Below are positions 50,218 to 61,942 of a stretch of DNA of 64,000 nucleotides, in pieces. The notes under the pieces are model-generated. The model was not told the origin of the DNA. It saw only the letters and a program-made list of their open reading frames with translations, and did not search any database. How positions within the stretch are numbered: position 1 is the stretch's first letter; each line of letters begins with the position of its first letter. This stretch comes from an uncultured Nitrososphaerota archaeon (GTDB lineage Archaea; Thermoproteota; Nitrososphaeria; Nitrososphaerales; CADDZS01): contig CAWCYI010000007.1 of NCBI GenBank assembly GCA_963799845.1, forward strand, positions 64,001 to 128,000, in the 5' to 3' direction. A program made the position numbers and the translations under genes.

Positions 50218-51159
50218 CTAGATGTTCAGCATCGCCTTTAGGCCTTTGTACCTGTTCCTGATAGTGACCTCGGTTACGCTGGCTGCTTCGGCAACATCCT
50301 TCTGGGTCTTGTTGTCATTCTCCATTACACAAGCTACGTAGAGAGCTGCCGCAGCAAATCCCATAGGATCTTTCCCGGCCGATGACCGAGTCTCTTCCGC
50401 GCGTCTCAGAATGTCCAAAGCTCGCCTCTTCGTCCGTTCCTGAACTCCAGCCCTGCTGGCGATTCTCGAAACACATTTCACCGGATCCACGACCGGCATC
50501 CTAAGGTCAAGCTCCTTGTACAATATTCTATAACAACGCGCCAGGTCTTTCTTTTTGATGTTGCTGATGGCGGAAATATCTTTCAGTGTTCTTGGGGTCT
50601 CGGTGTCGCGGCAAGCGGCGTAAAGAGCGGCGGAGATCATCGCAGAGATAGATCTACCACGAACGAGACCTCGCTCGAGCGCCTTTCTGTAAATGTAAGC
50701 TGCTTTTTCTACGACCGCATCGTTGACATTTAATTTGTCAACCAGACGATCTAGCTCACTGAACGCTTGCCGCCTGTTCCTGTCGATTGATTCGTGGACT
50801 TGGCTTCTTCCGTCCCAGGTACGCAGCCTTTCGACCGTAGCCTTCATGGACGCTGGTAAGGACTTGCCAGAGGCGTCTCTATCCTCCAGTCCAATAACAG
50901 TTGAAAGACCCATGTCGTGTAGAGCAAGACTGGACGGAGATCCAGTGTGGGCTCGCTCATTTCGTTCCTCAACAGAAAATGCTCTCCATTCTGGAACTGC
51001 CTCGGCTATCTTTTCCTTTACGACGTAGCCACAGTTGCTGCAGAACAATTCCCCCCCTGCCGTATCGACTACCATCGGGCCTTTCCCGCACCGGGGACAT
51101 CGTTCCGAGGGCCTCTCGAATCTCTTCAGGTCGCCTTCTTTTCTATTCTTAATACTCAT
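50218..51159 (-). CDS. tfb: Transcription initiation factor IIB (TFB paralogue)
   Basis: CPRC...CSNCG Zn ribbon, EWRAF, LHDMGLST, RGRS, GKDP, VTEVTIRNRYK. Confidence 0.96.
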   Translation of the reverse strand: MSIKNRKEGDLKRFERPSERCPRCGKGPMVVDTAGGELFCSNCGYVVKEKIAEAVPEWRAFSVEERNERAHTGSPSSLALHDMGLSTVIGLEDRDASGKSLPASMKATVERLRTWDGRSQVHESIDRNRRQAFSELDRLVDKLNVNDAVVEKAAYIYRKALERGLVRGRSISAMISAALYAACRDTETPRTLKDISAISNIKKKDLARCYRILYKELDLRMPVVDPVKCVSRIASRAGVQERTKRRALDILRRAEETRSSAGKDPMGFAAAALYVACVMENDNKTQKDVAEAASVTEVTIRNRYKGLKAMLNI

Positions 51160-51589
51160 TCAAAAACCACCAAAAGCTAGAATTCCGACTATTGAAGCCT
51201 AGCAAAACCAAATCTAAGCAAACGTCCTCGAGCGCGGCCAAGCAATCTAGTTCGACTTGAACACTCATTGTTATTATAGTTAATTGTAGAAAACGACAAG
51301 CGACGACCGCTGAAGGAAGGACGAGAAGGAAGATACCAATGATATCGCCCGTTCAGGCCATACCTGACAGCCTTCGGCCATGGAAAGGCAGCTATGGGCT
51401 AGTGGAAACTCAATTTAGACTTACGATTGAGATAATGAGATTCTGATTTGATGTTACTTCCGAGGTATCGACGGACGAACTAATTGAAGATCCAGATTTC
51501 AAAATCCTCTCGAAAAATGGAGCTCTGATAGAAATCACGAGTCCATTTTTCCTATATACGGAGACTCTCCCATTACTCTATTACGACTC

Positions 51590-52456
51590 GTGACTAATTT
51601 GGAAACTACGTCCGTACCCACATTCTCGGGTAGGCAACAGCAGTCAGTATCTGAATCCCAAGAGCGCCCTAAGATCATAACTGCCTTCATGTATATTCCA
51701 AAGAAAAACTATTTTTTACTAAATCTTGAAATGAGAAACAGGCTTGGTGATCTTGCCGCAGTTTCGCATTTGCTTGCTGAGGCTAGTATTGAAATTCTTT
51801 CCGGATCATTCACCAGAGGAACCGGCACCAAACCTGGAACCTGGCAGATTTTCGTCCAACCTCTAAATGGAACAACTGCTGAGGAAACGAAGAAGCTCCT
51901 TGTATCTTGTCCAGATGTTTTGGCTTGCCACATCAAGGAGAGTCGAGACGGTCTCCTTGTAGATTCTCTGACCTTTCCGATCAAAATAGACTCAGGTCAA
52001 CGCGCGATGATAATGCGAAACGACGTCTGGAACAGCATGCTCCAAAAAACTAGAGAAAAGTTTGGGTCAGGGGGAGACGTAATAATCTATGAGCAAGGCA
52101 ACATGGCCGGGCGGATGAGCGGAAAAGAACTCTTGATGGCTCTGGGAAGGGATAAGATAACTCAACAGTTGGATCAAATCGTGGCGATGTACCAAGCCCT
52201 CGGCTGGGGTAAAGCAAAGGTCCTAAACTTCGTCCAGTCGCCCCTCAGCATGGCGATCAGAATGTGGGAAAGTGCTGAATGCATGGGGCAGAAATCTGAC
52301 AAGGCAACTGGTCATTTTATTCGAGGCCACATAGTTGGTCATGTTGAAGAGCTGTTCTCGATCGAATGCAAGTGCGTTGAGACGAGCTGTCTTGCTAGAG
52401 GAGACCAGTACTGCGAATTTGTCCTGGAAGAGAAGAAACGAGGGATACCGAAGTAA
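51590..52456 (+). CDS. ACT-like plus V4R domain protein
   Basis: NRLGDLAAVSHLL (ACT); LGWG...SAEC...HFIRG...ETSCLARGDQYCEF (V4R). Confidence 0.8.
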   Translation: MTNLETTSVPTFSGRQQQSVSESQERPKIITAFMYIPKKNYFLLNLEMRNRLGDLAAVSHLLAEASIEILSGSFTRGTGTKPGTWQIFVQPLNGTTAEETKKLLVSCPDVLACHIKESRDGLLVDSLTFPIKIDSGQRAMIMRNDVWNSMLQKTREKFGSGGDVIIYEQGNMAGRMSGKELLMALGRDKITQQLDQIVAMYQALGWGKAKVLNFVQSPLSMAIRMWESAECMGQKSDKATGHFIRGHIVGHVEELFSIECKCVETSCLARGDQYCEFVLEEKKRGIPK

Positions 52457-52623
52457 GTTCGGACGAATTCTGCCTAAGAACAACCAAACAAAAATCAATT
52501 CCCGATACCGGTTTTGACCGGGATTCCAGATGATTAATTTCTGGTCATTTTGAGAGGCAGTACAACCTCTCGGGATGGAATGTTTTAGTACCTCTTTTCT
52601 CAGGATGGCAGTGCTGCATCAAG

Positions 52624-52950
52624 TTGATCACCGAGATAGTCGTCGCGTTGTTGTTCGCGATCCTTGCGCTGGCAATAATCTCTTGGATTGTGATCATTTT
52701 GCCTGAATTTGAAAAATACTTGAAACAACACAAGCGGCTTTCGGCGCTTTTTTCGTTTATCTTCAATGCCGCACCAGATCAAGAAGACGCGAGCAGGATG
52801 TCCCCACCAGTTCGCATTATCACTGAAAGATTGATCCCGATTATCCTGTGGCTACTGATCCTCGTGCCGATTTTTGTATTTCCTATTATACTGATAGTTT
52901 TTCCAATATTGCACATTCCGTGGACGTACCTTCTGCCGCCAAACCCCTGA
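52624..52950 (+). CDS. Small membrane protein
   Basis: Two long hydrophobic segments. Confidence 0.55.
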   Translation: MITEIVVALLFAILALAIISWIVIILPEFEKYLKQHKRLSALFSFIFNAAPDQEDASRMSPPVRIITERLIPIILWLLILVPIFVFPIILIVFPILHIPWTYLLPPNP

Positions 52951-52982
52951 CCTCATCGGAAGACTTTTTGAAAAATATGGGA

Positions 52983-53084
52983 CGGGCCCGGAGGGATTTG
53001 AACCCTCGATCTCTGCCTTAGAGGGGCAACGCCTTATCCAGTCTATGCAATCCACTCCCGGACTGCTTACTAGGCCACGGGCCC
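52983..53084 (-). tRNA. tRNA-Arg(TCT) with 27-nt intron in the D-loop (about 53067-53041)
   Basis: GGGCCCG/CGGGCCC acceptor, TTGCC-CCTCTAA-GGCAG anticodon arm, GGTTCAAATCC; D-loop interrupted by a GCAGTCC/GGATTGC hairpin. Confidence 0.92.
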
Positions 53085-53151
53085 GCGGGGACATTTCTCT
53101 CAGGCATGGCTTTTGCGGGGTATTAAGAGGTTCTACAAGCTGGTCGAGAAA

Positions 53152-54420
53152 CTACGAAGCTCTAGAAAGTTCCTTCAGCAATTCTTGAGCTCTGTCGAAT
53201 CTTATCTTTCTTTCATCAACCATTCTCTGTGCAACGAGATCAACAAGGTCACCCGTCGCTCCGGCAGAGGCTGCAACATTCCGTGCATGTAGTTTCATAT
53301 GGCCGCGTTGAATCCCTTCAGAAGAAAGAGCCCTCAGAGCCGCGAAATTCTGAGCCAGCCCAACCGAAGCCATGACTTCGGCAAGTTCTGTCGCGCTTTT
53401 TACCCCGAGGATCTTTACGCATGCCTTCGCAACAGGATGAACTGCCGAAGCTCCTCCGATCAATCCTACTGCCATGGGCATTTCGATCGTTCCGACAAGA
53501 TTTCCATTTTGATCTATTTCGTAAGTCGTGAGAGATCGATATTGTCCACTTTTCGCTGCGTAAGAATGAGCGCCCGCTTCGAGAGCCCGCGTATCCTGGC
53601 CGACCGCGAGAGCCGCGGCGATGACGCCATTCATTATACCCTTGTTGTGGGTCGCGCATCGGTAAGGATCAGAATCGGCGAATGCATAAGCCTCGACTAT
53701 CCCTTCGGCGATGTCGCTCCCTCCCAGAAGCTCAGTATCGAAGGTCGCAGTACTTCTGACCAGACGTTTAGTTGCGAGATTGGAAATGATTCTCAGGAAC
53801 ACCCTTCCCCTTGAAATTCTCTCGATATCCGGGGCGATTGCTTCCGCCATGGTATTTACCGCGTTGGCCCCCATCGCGTCGCGGCAGTCCACGATGAGCT
53901 CGGAAATTACCATCTGCCCCTTCTTAGTTTCGATTACTTTGACTTCCAGGTCTTTTGCGCCTCCACCCACCGAGACAAGTTTTGGATCCTGATCGTTAGC
54001 TTTTTTGAGGAGTTCGTCTCTGTGAGCCAGAATGTCCATACGGGCACGGAACGGGTCCTTTATCCGAACAGTCTGGATTTGACCGATCATTACCGGTCCT
54101 GTGTTGCTGGTGTGAAAACCCCCGTGCTTTCTGGCCATCTTTGCAGCGTTGCTCGCGGCCGCCACGACAGAAGGTTCCTCGATAGCCATGGGGACGATGT
54201 AGTCTTTCCCATTCACGAGGAAATTAGTAGCAACTCCCAGAGGAACGGGAATAGCACCGATTACATTCTCGATCATTCGATTAGCGGTATCGGATTCCAG
54301 TCCTGAAAACGAGCCAATCGACTCTGCCTCTCTGTTGTCTAGACCAGCAAATTTCTGGACGAGCTTCATGCGCTCTGCGACGGAAAGTTTGTAGAAATTA
54401 GGTATCTCCGAACTTGGCAA
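53152..54420 (-). CDS. mvaA: HMG-CoA reductase, class II
   Basis: ENVIG, EEPSVVAAAS, DAMGAN, THNKGIMNG, GIQRGHMKLH. Confidence 0.94.
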   Translation of the reverse strand: MPSSEIPNFYKLSVAERMKLVQKFAGLDNREAESIGSFSGLESDTANRMIENVIGAIPVPLGVATNFLVNGKDYIVPMAIEEPSVVAAASNAAKMARKHGGFHTSNTGPVMIGQIQTVRIKDPFRARMDILAHRDELLKKANDQDPKLVSVGGGAKDLEVKVIETKKGQMVISELIVDCRDAMGANAVNTMAEAIAPDIERISRGRVFLRIISNLATKRLVRSTATFDTELLGGSDIAEGIVEAYAFADSDPYRCATHNKGIMNGVIAAALAVGQDTRALEAGAHSYAAKSGQYRSLTTYEIDQNGNLVGTIEMPMAVGLIGGASAVHPVAKACVKILGVKSATELAEVMASVGLAQNFAALRALSSEGIQRGHMKLHARNVAASAGATGDLVDLVAQRMVDERKIRFDRAQELLKELSRAS

Positions 54421-54665
54421 TTTTTGAAAAAATCGCTAAGCCGAGAGTATATAACCAAATTAGGTGATTTTGAAAACTGTTACGTACCGACAAAATTCCG
54501 ACTTCGTCGAGCGATTTTTGATTTTTGAATTTCGATTCAGAAAAGTAAGCAGAGTACTTCCGTTCAATCATACAAACATAAAAGGGGCAACGGAAGAATA
54601 GCTTTCCTACAGTATTTTTTTCGAGCATTTGGGGATTGTCTAGTCGTCCGGAGTAGTGTGAATTA

Positions 54666-56858
54666 TTGCCTAAGCTTAAGAATATTCAGGAAATTATGAG
54701 TACGATTTCGAATAAAGAACACGTTCGAAATTTCGGAGTAATTGCACATGTTGATCATGGAAAAACAACCATGAGTGACAGCCTGCTAGCTGCTGCTGGT
54801 ATGATTGCGCCATCTGTAGCAGGTCAGGCACTGGCGCTGGATTCGATGCCTCTGGAACAGTCACGGCAGATGACCATCAAAGCTGCAAACGTGACTTTGT
54901 ATTACGAAGAGGATGGAACGCCCTACGTATTGAACATGATCGACACTCCAGGGCACATCGACTTTACTGGAAGAGTGACTAGATCTTTACGCGCAATCGA
55001 CGGTGCAGTAGTTGTCAGCGATGCCGTCGAGGGCATAATGACTCAGACTGAAACTGTGACCCGCCAGGCTCTGGAGGAAAGAGTGCGCCCAGTTCTTTAC
55101 ATAAACAAGATTGATCGGCTGGTAAAGGAACTCCGGCTGGACAAGGATGCTATGCAGAAACATATCGGCGTTATCGTCGGAGATTTCAACAGACTCGTGG
55201 AGACTTATGCCGAGCCGGAGCTAAAGCAAAGATGGAAAGTATCCATCCAGGACAGCAGCGTTTCTTTTGGTTCTGCAAAAGATAGATGGGGTTTCAATGC
55301 CAAAATCGCCCAAAAGAAAGGGGTCAATTTCGGCGATGTCTACAACGCATACACGACGGGGAATGTTGCCGATCTCGCGAAAAGGGCTCCTCTACATGAA
55401 GCAGTATTGGGCATGGTGATTCAGCACCATCCTCCACCTCACGTAGCTCAGAAATACAGAATTCCGAGAATCTGGACTGGTGATATAACTAGCGACATCG
55501 GAAAAGCGCTACTTGCCTGTGACGATAACGGTCCTGTCATCATGATGGTGACCAACATCAATGTCGATCCGCAGGCTGGAATCGTAGCCACGGGAAGACT
55601 TTTCTCTGGCACCGTCCGTGACGGCGAATCTGTCTTTTTGCTTGGTGCGAAGCGTGAAGAGAGAATTCAGTCGGTTAATTTCTACATGGGCGCCCAAAGG
55701 GAAATGGTCGGTGCGCTGGGCGCAGGAAACATTCCAGCGCTTTTGGGTCTGGAGCACGCCAGAGCAGGTGAAACACTATCATCAGTCAAGGATATAGCTC
55801 CTTTTGAATCGATCAAGTACGTATCCGAGCCTGTTGTCACTATTGCCATCGAGCCCAAACATCCAAAGGATCTGCCAAGGCTCGTTGAAGCGCTCAGACG
55901 TCTAACTATTGAAGATCCAAATCTTGTCGTTCGGATTAACGAGGAAACTGGCGAACAGCTTCTTTCGGGGATGGGAGTTCTACACCTTGAAATTGCGACA
56001 ACTCTCATTCAAGATCAGAAAGTAGAAATTATACAGACTGAACCCCTCGTCAACTATAGAGAGGCCGTTAGATCGAAAGCGGGGCCAATAATGTCGCGCT
56101 CACCTAACAGGCATAACAAGATTTTCATCCGCATCGAGCCTCTGCCTCCAGATGTCGTGGAGCTGATTAGAACCGGGCAGCTGAACGAGAATACCGACAA
56201 AAAGACCGTCGCCAAGGTCTTGAGGGAACATGGCTGGGACGCCGACGAAGCCCGCTCAGTTGTCACAATCGACGATAAGGGCAACATGCTGCTTGAAGAA
56301 ACAAAGGGAGTCCAGTTCCTGCAGGAATCGATGGACTCGATCCGCGCTGGATTTAATGATGTGATGACAAACGGGCCGCTTGCTTACGAATTTTGCAGGG
56401 GTTTCAAAGTGGTCCTCACTCATTACGTGCCTCATGAGGATCCTGCGCACAGGACGTATGCTCAATTGATGCCGGCCACGAGAAGGGCAATTCTAGGAGC
56501 TTCTCTGACTGCCGATCCTACTCTTCTTGAGCCAATCCTTGGAATTGAAATCAAGTGCCCTGCGGAGCAAATTGGTCCGATAGCAAGCGTGATTTCAGGC
56601 AAGAGAGGGAAGATGCTCAACGTGGAGCAGAAGGAAGTGATTACCATAATCCAGGGAGAAATCCCAACTTCGGAAACCTTCGATCTGTCCGAAACAATGA
56701 GGGGAGCTACGGCGGGAAAGGCCATGTGGAACACATTCTTCAAAGCATGGCAGCCTGTGCCGAATTCAATGCTGCTATCAATCGTTCAAGGTATCAGAAA
56801 GAGAAAGGGACTCTCGCCCGATCCCCCAAATCCGAACGAATTCATAGACAAAGAGTGA
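54666..56858 (+). CDS. fusA: Translation elongation factor aEF-2
   Basis: AHVDHGKTT, DTPGH, NKID, GMGVLHLE, HEDPAHR loop. Confidence 0.96.
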   Translation: MPKLKNIQEIMSTISNKEHVRNFGVIAHVDHGKTTMSDSLLAAAGMIAPSVAGQALALDSMPLEQSRQMTIKAANVTLYYEEDGTPYVLNMIDTPGHIDFTGRVTRSLRAIDGAVVVSDAVEGIMTQTETVTRQALEERVRPVLYINKIDRLVKELRLDKDAMQKHIGVIVGDFNRLVETYAEPELKQRWKVSIQDSSVSFGSAKDRWGFNAKIAQKKGVNFGDVYNAYTTGNVADLAKRAPLHEAVLGMVIQHHPPPHVAQKYRIPRIWTGDITSDIGKALLACDDNGPVIMMVTNINVDPQAGIVATGRLFSGTVRDGESVFLLGAKREERIQSVNFYMGAQREMVGALGAGNIPALLGLEHARAGETLSSVKDIAPFESIKYVSEPVVTIAIEPKHPKDLPRLVEALRRLTIEDPNLVVRINEETGEQLLSGMGVLHLEIATTLIQDQKVEIIQTEPLVNYREAVRSKAGPIMSRSPNRHNKIFIRIEPLPPDVVELIRTGQLNENTDKKTVAKVLREHGWDADEARSVVTIDDKGNMLLEETKGVQFLQESMDSIRAGFNDVMTNGPLAYEFCRGFKVVLTHYVPHEDPAHRTYAQLMPATRRAILGASLTADPTLLEPILGIEIKCPAEQIGPIASVISGKRGKMLNVEQKEVITIIQGEIPTSETFDLSETMRGATAGKAMWNTFFKAWQPVPNSMLLSIVQGIRKRKGLSPDPPNPNEFIDKE

Positions 56859-56921
56859 TTCTTTGTTCCCCTGATATGAGAGTGCAAGCCGGCTGCTCGA
56901 AGGTATCGGGGATCGTCATTC

Positions 56922-57608
56922 TTGCCAGATGAAATTCGAAATGTCCTGATTTTCGACTACGACGGAACCCTGACTTTTGACACAAACGAGGTCCCTAAAG
57001 TCGCTAAAGACGCGCTTTTGGAGATGAGGAATTCCGATCTTGCGACACTGGGTATCATTTCGGGCAGGGATCTGCCATTTCTTCAAAACGTAAACAGGGA
57101 TCTATCGAATGTGTTTTCATTCCTCGTCGCCGAAAATGGCGCGATTTCATATTTTTCCGACTCGAAAGAAAAGAATGTCCTTGGCAAGGACTGGACCGAA
57201 AAAGCGAGGAAGGTGTTTCGGGATTCCGGTATTCCACTTCGCTTTGCAGAAATCATGTTTGCAACTAGTATCGATCATGCGCCTCAGATCTCCTCCCTTC
57301 TTACGAAGACCGGACTGGACGCAAAGCTAGTACCTAACAAAGATTCACTGATGGTCCTCCCGCCTGACGTGGACAAGGGAACGGGAGTTGCGGCAACGGT
57401 TCAGCACTTTGGTTCGACGAGGAAACTATTCCTCACTTGTTTTGGTGACGGAGAAAACGACCTCGCGTTGTTTGCCCCTGCCGACCTGCGGGTAGCCGTG
57501 GCGAACGCGGTAGACGCCCTAAAGAAGATCGCCGACGTTATCACCGATAACCCTGGAGGCTACGGGGTCGCCGAGTATCTGGATGAGACATTTCTCATCG
57601 AGAAATAG
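56922..57608 (+). CDS. HAD subfamily IIB phosphatase
   Basis: DYDGTLT, SGR, AENG, DKG, GDGEND. Confidence 0.88.
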   Translation: MPDEIRNVLIFDYDGTLTFDTNEVPKVAKDALLEMRNSDLATLGIISGRDLPFLQNVNRDLSNVFSFLVAENGAISYFSDSKEKNVLGKDWTEKARKVFRDSGIPLRFAEIMFATSIDHAPQISSLLTKTGLDAKLVPNKDSLMVLPPDVDKGTGVAATVQHFGSTRKLFLTCFGDGENDLALFAPADLRVAVANAVDALKKIADVITDNPGGYGVAEYLDETFLIEK

Positions 57609-57693
57609 CTAAAGATTAAAATCGCGGAGATTCGGTTTTGGTCTTGCTATTTTCTTTCTAATTTTAGTAGAGAAATATAATTGGTTTTTTGAA

Positions 57694-58362
57694 ATGGCCA
57701 TCCAACTTCCAATAACGACAAGCGAGCTCCTATCTGACCTCTGGATTGTCGCCTACAAAGCCGCTATTTTCTTTTTGATAATTGTCATCGGGTGGGTAGT
57801 AGGAAGATCGCTCGGAAATTTGGTCGGAAGAGTCCTCGCCCGCGCTGGTGGCGATTCTTTATTGAAACAGACCGTAATAGGCAGGGCCTTGATGCGTGCG
57901 GATTACGCCTCATTCAAACTAGGGAATTCACTAACAAAATGGCTCGTTTACATTTCCGCCTTTCTCTATGCCCTTTACAGCCTCGGGTTGTCCGTCCTGA
58001 CGACAACAGTTAGTTCGTTTCTTGGATATCTGCCGATTCTCGTGGGTTCAGGCATCATTCTGTTTGTGGGCATGATTATCTCCGATTGGTTGGGAGAATT
58101 TGTCAAGAAAAGTGTCTCTCCCGAAAAGAGGGAGTTATTCTACCTCAATATTGTCGGGGACCTTGTCAAGGTAGTCCTTTATTTTGTGACGTTAACACTC
58201 GCGTTAACCCATCTTGGAGTTGACGTGACCATTCTCTACATCTTCGCCGAAGCTTTTGCGTGGGCGATAGCGATCGCAGTTGGAGTAGCGACGGGAATCG
58301 TCGTAGGATGGTTTTTGAAAGATAGGGTTAAAGAATGGATATCATCCATATCTGGCAGCTGA
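57694..58362 (+). CDS. Mechanosensitive-channel TM-helix (CmpX/MscS N-terminal-like) membrane protein
   Basis: Two repeats of (I/L)..G..(V/I).....(V/L)..., YLPILVG, ALTHLGVD. Confidence 0.7.
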   Translation: MAIQLPITTSELLSDLWIVAYKAAIFFLIIVIGWVVGRSLGNLVGRVLARAGGDSLLKQTVIGRALMRADYASFKLGNSLTKWLVYISAFLYALYSLGLSVLTTTVSSFLGYLPILVGSGIILFVGMIISDWLGEFVKKSVSPEKRELFYLNIVGDLVKVVLYFVTLTLALTHLGVDVTILYIFAEAFAWAIAIAVGVATGIVVGWFLKDRVKEWISSISGS

Positions 58363-58472
58363 ATTCATCGACTGGAAAATGGAATCAACAAATGATATGT
58401 GCGAGCAGTCAATAACGTCCTAATTAGTCTCAATTCCGAAGCAAATGAACTGAAAATATCATCGGTTGGCTA

Positions 58473-61400
58473 TTGATGTCATCAGAAGAATACCTCGAAG
58501 ACGATCCACTCTGGTACAAGGACGCAATAATCTATGAGGTCCACGTGAAGGCCTATTGTGATACCGCCGGCGATGGAATTGGTGATTTCAAGGGGCTCAC
58601 CTCGAAGCTCGATTACCTGAAAGACCTCGGGGTTACTACGCTATGGCTTTTGCCATTTTACCCATCACCCTTGAAAGATGACGGGTACGACATTTCTGAT
58701 TATTTTGAAATTCATCCATTTTACGGGGACCTGAAGGATTTCAAGGATTTCATGGCGGAGGCGCACAGAAGGGGTCTCCGGGTTATCACTGAACTCGTGC
58801 TGAATCATACATCGGACCAAAATCCATGGTTTAAGAAATCACGAACCGCTGAGCCGGGATCGAGATGGAGAGATTTCTATGTGTGGAGCGACACCCCTAA
58901 CAAATATACTGAGGCGCGAATAATTTTCAAAGATTTTGAGTCCTCCAACTGGGCGTGGGATAACGTAGCTGAAAGCGTACTACTGGCACAGATTTTACTC
59001 CCACCAGCCGGACTTGAACTTTACAAATGAATTCACGCAAAAGACAATGCTCAGCGTCGTGGACTACTGGCTCAAGATGGGAGTTGACGGCCTGCGACTT
59101 GACGCGGTTCCCTATCTTTACGAAAAAGAGGGCACCAACTGTGAGAATTTGCCGGAAACCCACGAATTTCTAAAGAAACTTAGGGCATTCATTGATTCAG
59201 GTTTCAAGAACAGGATGTTGCTCGCTGAGGCAAATCAGTGGCCCGTTGACGCCGCTCAGTATTTCGGCAATGGAGATGAATGTAACGTCGCATATCATTT
59301 TCCACTGATGCCCCGGATGTTTATGGCGATCCAGATGGAAGACCGGTTCCCGATCATAGATATTCTGGAACAGACGCCTGCAATTCCTGAAAAATGCCAG
59401 TGGGCGCTTTTTTTGAGAAATCACGACGAATTAACACTGGAAATGGTTACAGACGAGGAGCGAGACTACATGTACAGGGTATACGCCAAAGATAGACAGG
59501 CCAGGCTAAACCTAGGAATCAGGAGAAGGCTCGCACCGCTGCTTGGGAACGACCGCAGAAAAATCGAACTCATGAACATTTTGCTCTTCACGCTACCGGG
59601 TACTCCTGTGATCTATTATGGCGATGAAATCGGGATGGGAGATAACTTCTACCTTGGCGATCGAAACGGTGTAAGGACTCCGATGCAGTGGAGCGCCGAC
59701 CTGAATGCCGGGTTTTCGAAGACAAACCCGCAAAAACTGTACCTCCCCGTCATAATTGAACCCCTGTATCATTACGAAGCTATCAATGTAGAAAATCAAC
59801 AAAACGATTCCTCCTCTCTGCTTTGGTGGATGAAGAGGGTGATCGCGATGAGAAAGGGCTTCAAGGCTTTCAGCAGGGGTTCGATCGAGTTTCTCTATCC
59901 GACAAACACGAAAATTCTGGCTTTTACTCGAAGACTCGGAGATGAGATTCTACTGATTACTGCAAATCTCTCCGGCAGGACCCAGGCAACCGAGCTGGAT
60001 CTCTCAAAACTCTCGGATCGTAGGCCGGTTGACGTTTTTGGCGGAGCAAATTTTCCTCAGATCGGAAAAACTGGATATCGACTCACCTTTGCCCCCTACG
60101 GCTACTACATTTTCAACATGAAATTAGAGCGGCGGACCGAGGAGGTAAATCAACCCTCTCAGATCCCCATTCTTGAACTTAGAAGGAAACTCCAAGATAT
60201 GTTCAATGGCAGGGCAAAGGACAAGCTTGAGACAGAAGTTCTTCCTCAATATCTAAGATCGAACAGATGGTTTGGCGGAAAGGGCAGAACGATAGAACAG
60301 ACCCGAATCAGGGAGGTGATCACTTTCTGGGATGAACCAACAACGGGAAATTCTCAACTGCTTGTTTTCGCAGATATTTACTACACTGAAGGTCTCCCGG
60401 AGTCCTATTTTCTTCCCATGAGCTACTCCAGCGTTGACATTTCGGAGCAATTGAAGGATGCCAACCGAAGATCAATCGTCGCCAAAGTGAGCATCGACAA
60501 GAACACTCCTGGTGTCCTATTCGACGCAGTCTACGACCAATCGTTTAGATCTCGACTGCTGGACTTCATTACTTTTGGGAAAACGGCTTCCGGTTCGCAG
60601 AGCGAAATCGTCGGAATCAAATCTGCTGACGATCTTACTTCTGACAAGATTTCTCTTAAATCTACAGTTACCGGCGCAGATCAGAGCAATACTTCCGTCG
60701 TGTATGAAGACAAGTTCATACTAAAATTCCTGCGTAGAATCGAAGAAGGCCCGAATCCAGAAGTAGAAATCGAAGCTGCGCTGATAAAAAACAAGTTCGA
60801 GGAAATTCCTCGTCTGATGGGCAGTGTGGTATTCAAGGCTCCGGCCGCTGAAGCCGCAACCGTGGCCATTCTAGAGGAGTACATCAGAAATGAGGGTGAT
60901 GCCTGGGCTCTTTTTCACGGGCAGTTCGAGCGATTCCTGGACGATGTTCTTTCTGCGAAAATACTTCCAGAATCTTCCCTGAATTCTTCTATTCTTGAGC
61001 TTGCTCAGGAAGAACTTCCCGAATCTGTTCTTGAGGAATTAGGGCAACCATTCGACGATTGGATAATGTTGCTGGGGAAGAGGACAGGCGAATTTCACTT
61101 AGCACTACTCAAGGAAGCGGACGATCCTAATTTCAAGCCCGAACCCTTCGGTTACCTGGAACAGGTAGCAGTCGCCCAATCAATGACGAGTTATTCGAAT
61201 CGGATCTTTCAACAGTGCCGCAGTTCTGTAAATCTGAGCCCCGCAGCGGCCCGAGAGTTGGGCGAGATACTGTCACATCAGCAGGAGATTGTCACAAGAT
61301 TTGCAGAACTGAAGAAAGTCAAACTTGACTGCATGAGATCCCGCGTTCATGGAGACTATCACCTTGCGCAGGTCCTTTTTACTGGAAAAGACTTTGTTTT

Positions 61401-61833
61401 GATTGATTTCGAGGGAGAACCTGCCAGATCTCTGTCTGATAGGAGATTGAAGAGATCGCCGATTAGAGACGTCGCCGGAATGATGAGGTCCTTCCATTAT
61501 GCCGCAATGTCAGTCATACTCAACAACAATAATCCTAAGATAAAGGAGAATCAGGAACTTTCTCTTGAAGCAGCCAGATTCTGGTACAAAGCTGTAAGCG
61601 CGCTTTATCTCAGGTCTTACTTGGGCACTGTCGCGAACAGCGTGATACTGCCCACCGATAGAAATGCACTCTCGGTTTTGCTCGACGCGTTCCTGCTCGA
61701 GAAAGTGATCTACGAGCTTGGCTACGAGCTTAACAATCGTCCGGACTGGATTTGGATTCCGATCAAAGGGATAGAAGATTTAATCGGCATACAACCTCGG
61801 AGTGCGGAACCCCCGAAGGAAATTGCTACTTAG
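58473..61833 (+). CDS. treS: Trehalose synthase TreS fused to maltokinase (Pep2/Mak), frameshift near 58971
   Basis: [21 protein letters not shown], ([14 protein letters not shown]), [22 protein letters not shown]; C-terminal [21 protein letters not shown]. Confidence 0.93.
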
Positions 61834-61942
61834 TGAGATGTGGTCCTTTCTGAATTATCGTCGTTATTCATTGCACCCTTCGAATTCTCGACTTGGGAAA
61901 TGATTTAGGCGTAATGCCCATTATCGGGAGAGACTAGCTTTC

